A stretch of DNA of 64,000 nt from positions 7,367 to 71,366 of the IMG/VR virus record IMGVR_UViG_3300017978_000154; one strand, given 5' to 3'. This DNA comes from a virus. Position 1 is the first letter of the stretch; every line of letters starts with the position of its first letter. The position numbers and the translations under genes were made by a program. This document shows, piece by piece, positions 63,720-64,000 of the stretch. The notes under the pieces were generated by a model. It was given only the letters and a program-made list of their open reading frames with translations. It made no database searches and was not told the DNA's origin.

Positions 63720-63727
63720 TATTTATA
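63720..63727 (-). promoter_or_regulatory. T4 late-promoter-like TATAAATA box (minus strand)
   Basis: Reverse complement of tatttata. Lies only 5 nt from the ATG at 63714, so its functional assignment is doubtful. Confidence 0.25.
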
Positions 63728-63740
63728 CTCCATGAAAAAG

Positions 63741-63765
63741 GGGATCCCGAAAGATCCCCTGAAAT
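63741..63765 (-). terminator. Rho-independent terminator (GGGGATC-ccgaaa-GATCCCC plus TTTTTC on the minus strand)
   Basis: 7-bp stem seen directly. Downstream of the partial CDS ending at 63809. Confidence 0.5.
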
Positions 63766-63808
63766 TACCGCTTCTACGTCGGCTTCTTTAAAACCGACTT
63801 AGCCGATT

Positions 63809-64000
63809 ACATTAGGTTAGTAACCTTAACTTTACGGTAGTAGTAGTTAGCATCAGCAGTCAAGTTGTCTTGACCGTTAGTGCCGTCATCCAAGTTAATG
63901 AATGGGTTAGCAACTAGACCGTAACGAGTCTTGAAACCAATTTTAGGTTGGAAGCTGTTAGGATCAACAGCGCGAACCATTTGCAATGGAACGTATGGGC
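63809..64000 (-). CDS. 3' end of a CDS entering from the right edge (C-terminus ...ADANYYYRKVKVTNLM)
   Basis: Manual minus-strand translation is open from 64000 to the TAA at 63809-63811. Not in the track because it is edge-truncated. Confidence 0.4.

Noticed and set aside
1-64000. Search for tRNA/rRNA genes and glucosyl-hmC pathway genes (gene 42, alpha/beta-gt)
   Set aside because: Intergenic spaces are short and occupied by promoters/terminators, with no cloverleaf-like segments noticed. No ThyA-like hydroxymethylase or glycosyltransferase motifs seen. Absence within this window only.

Overview
This window is a contiguous block of a T4-like (Tevenvirinae-type) myophage genome. Almost every gene lies on the minus strand, driven by at least 13 near-identical sigma70-type early promoters (TTGACT/TTTACT/TTGCCT-N17-TATAAT).

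The conserved T4 replication and recombination core is present in T4-like order: uvsY, uvsW, gp55, gp47, gp46, gp45 clamp, gp44/gp62 clamp loader, regA, DNA ligase, dexA, gp43 polymerase, uvsX, gp41 helicase, gp61 primase, nrdA/nrdB. ThyX stands where T4 carries td (ThyA).

Accessory content:
- A NAD+ salvage pair (NAMPT/NadV and the bifunctional NMNAT-Nudix NatV), next to an HD-domain alarmone-hydrolase-like gene, a MazG-like gene and a Cys-based phosphatase.
- A CobS/CobT-like AAA/vWA pair, a flotillin-like (SPFH) protein, an Hsp20, two GNATs, a GH19 endolysin cassette and a separate Rz/Rz1 spanin pair.

The most unusual region is a ~19 kb insertion between gp41 and gp61, where T4 has these two genes adjacent. 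It contains two things. (i) A co-directional cassette of a 2OG-Fe(II)-oxygenase-like protein, a class-II glutamine amidotransferase, a glutamine-synthetase-like amidoligase, a GNAT, a ParB-like protein, an uncharacterised W/Y-rich protein and a P-loop kinase. I interpret this as a candidate DNA base hypermodification pathway (thymidine hypermodification-like). This fits the absence of dCMP hydroxymethylase and glucosyltransferase genes from the T4 43-uvsX interval, where a thioredoxin sits instead. (ii) A run of large His/Lys-rich proteins carrying T4 internal-protein-like capsid-targeting N-termini, two of which carry HIGH-motif nucleotidyltransferase domains; these are candidate capsid-packaged, injected enzymes.

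A cobalamin-type radical SAM gene is truncated at the left edge. No tRNA, rRNA or CRISPR was seen.
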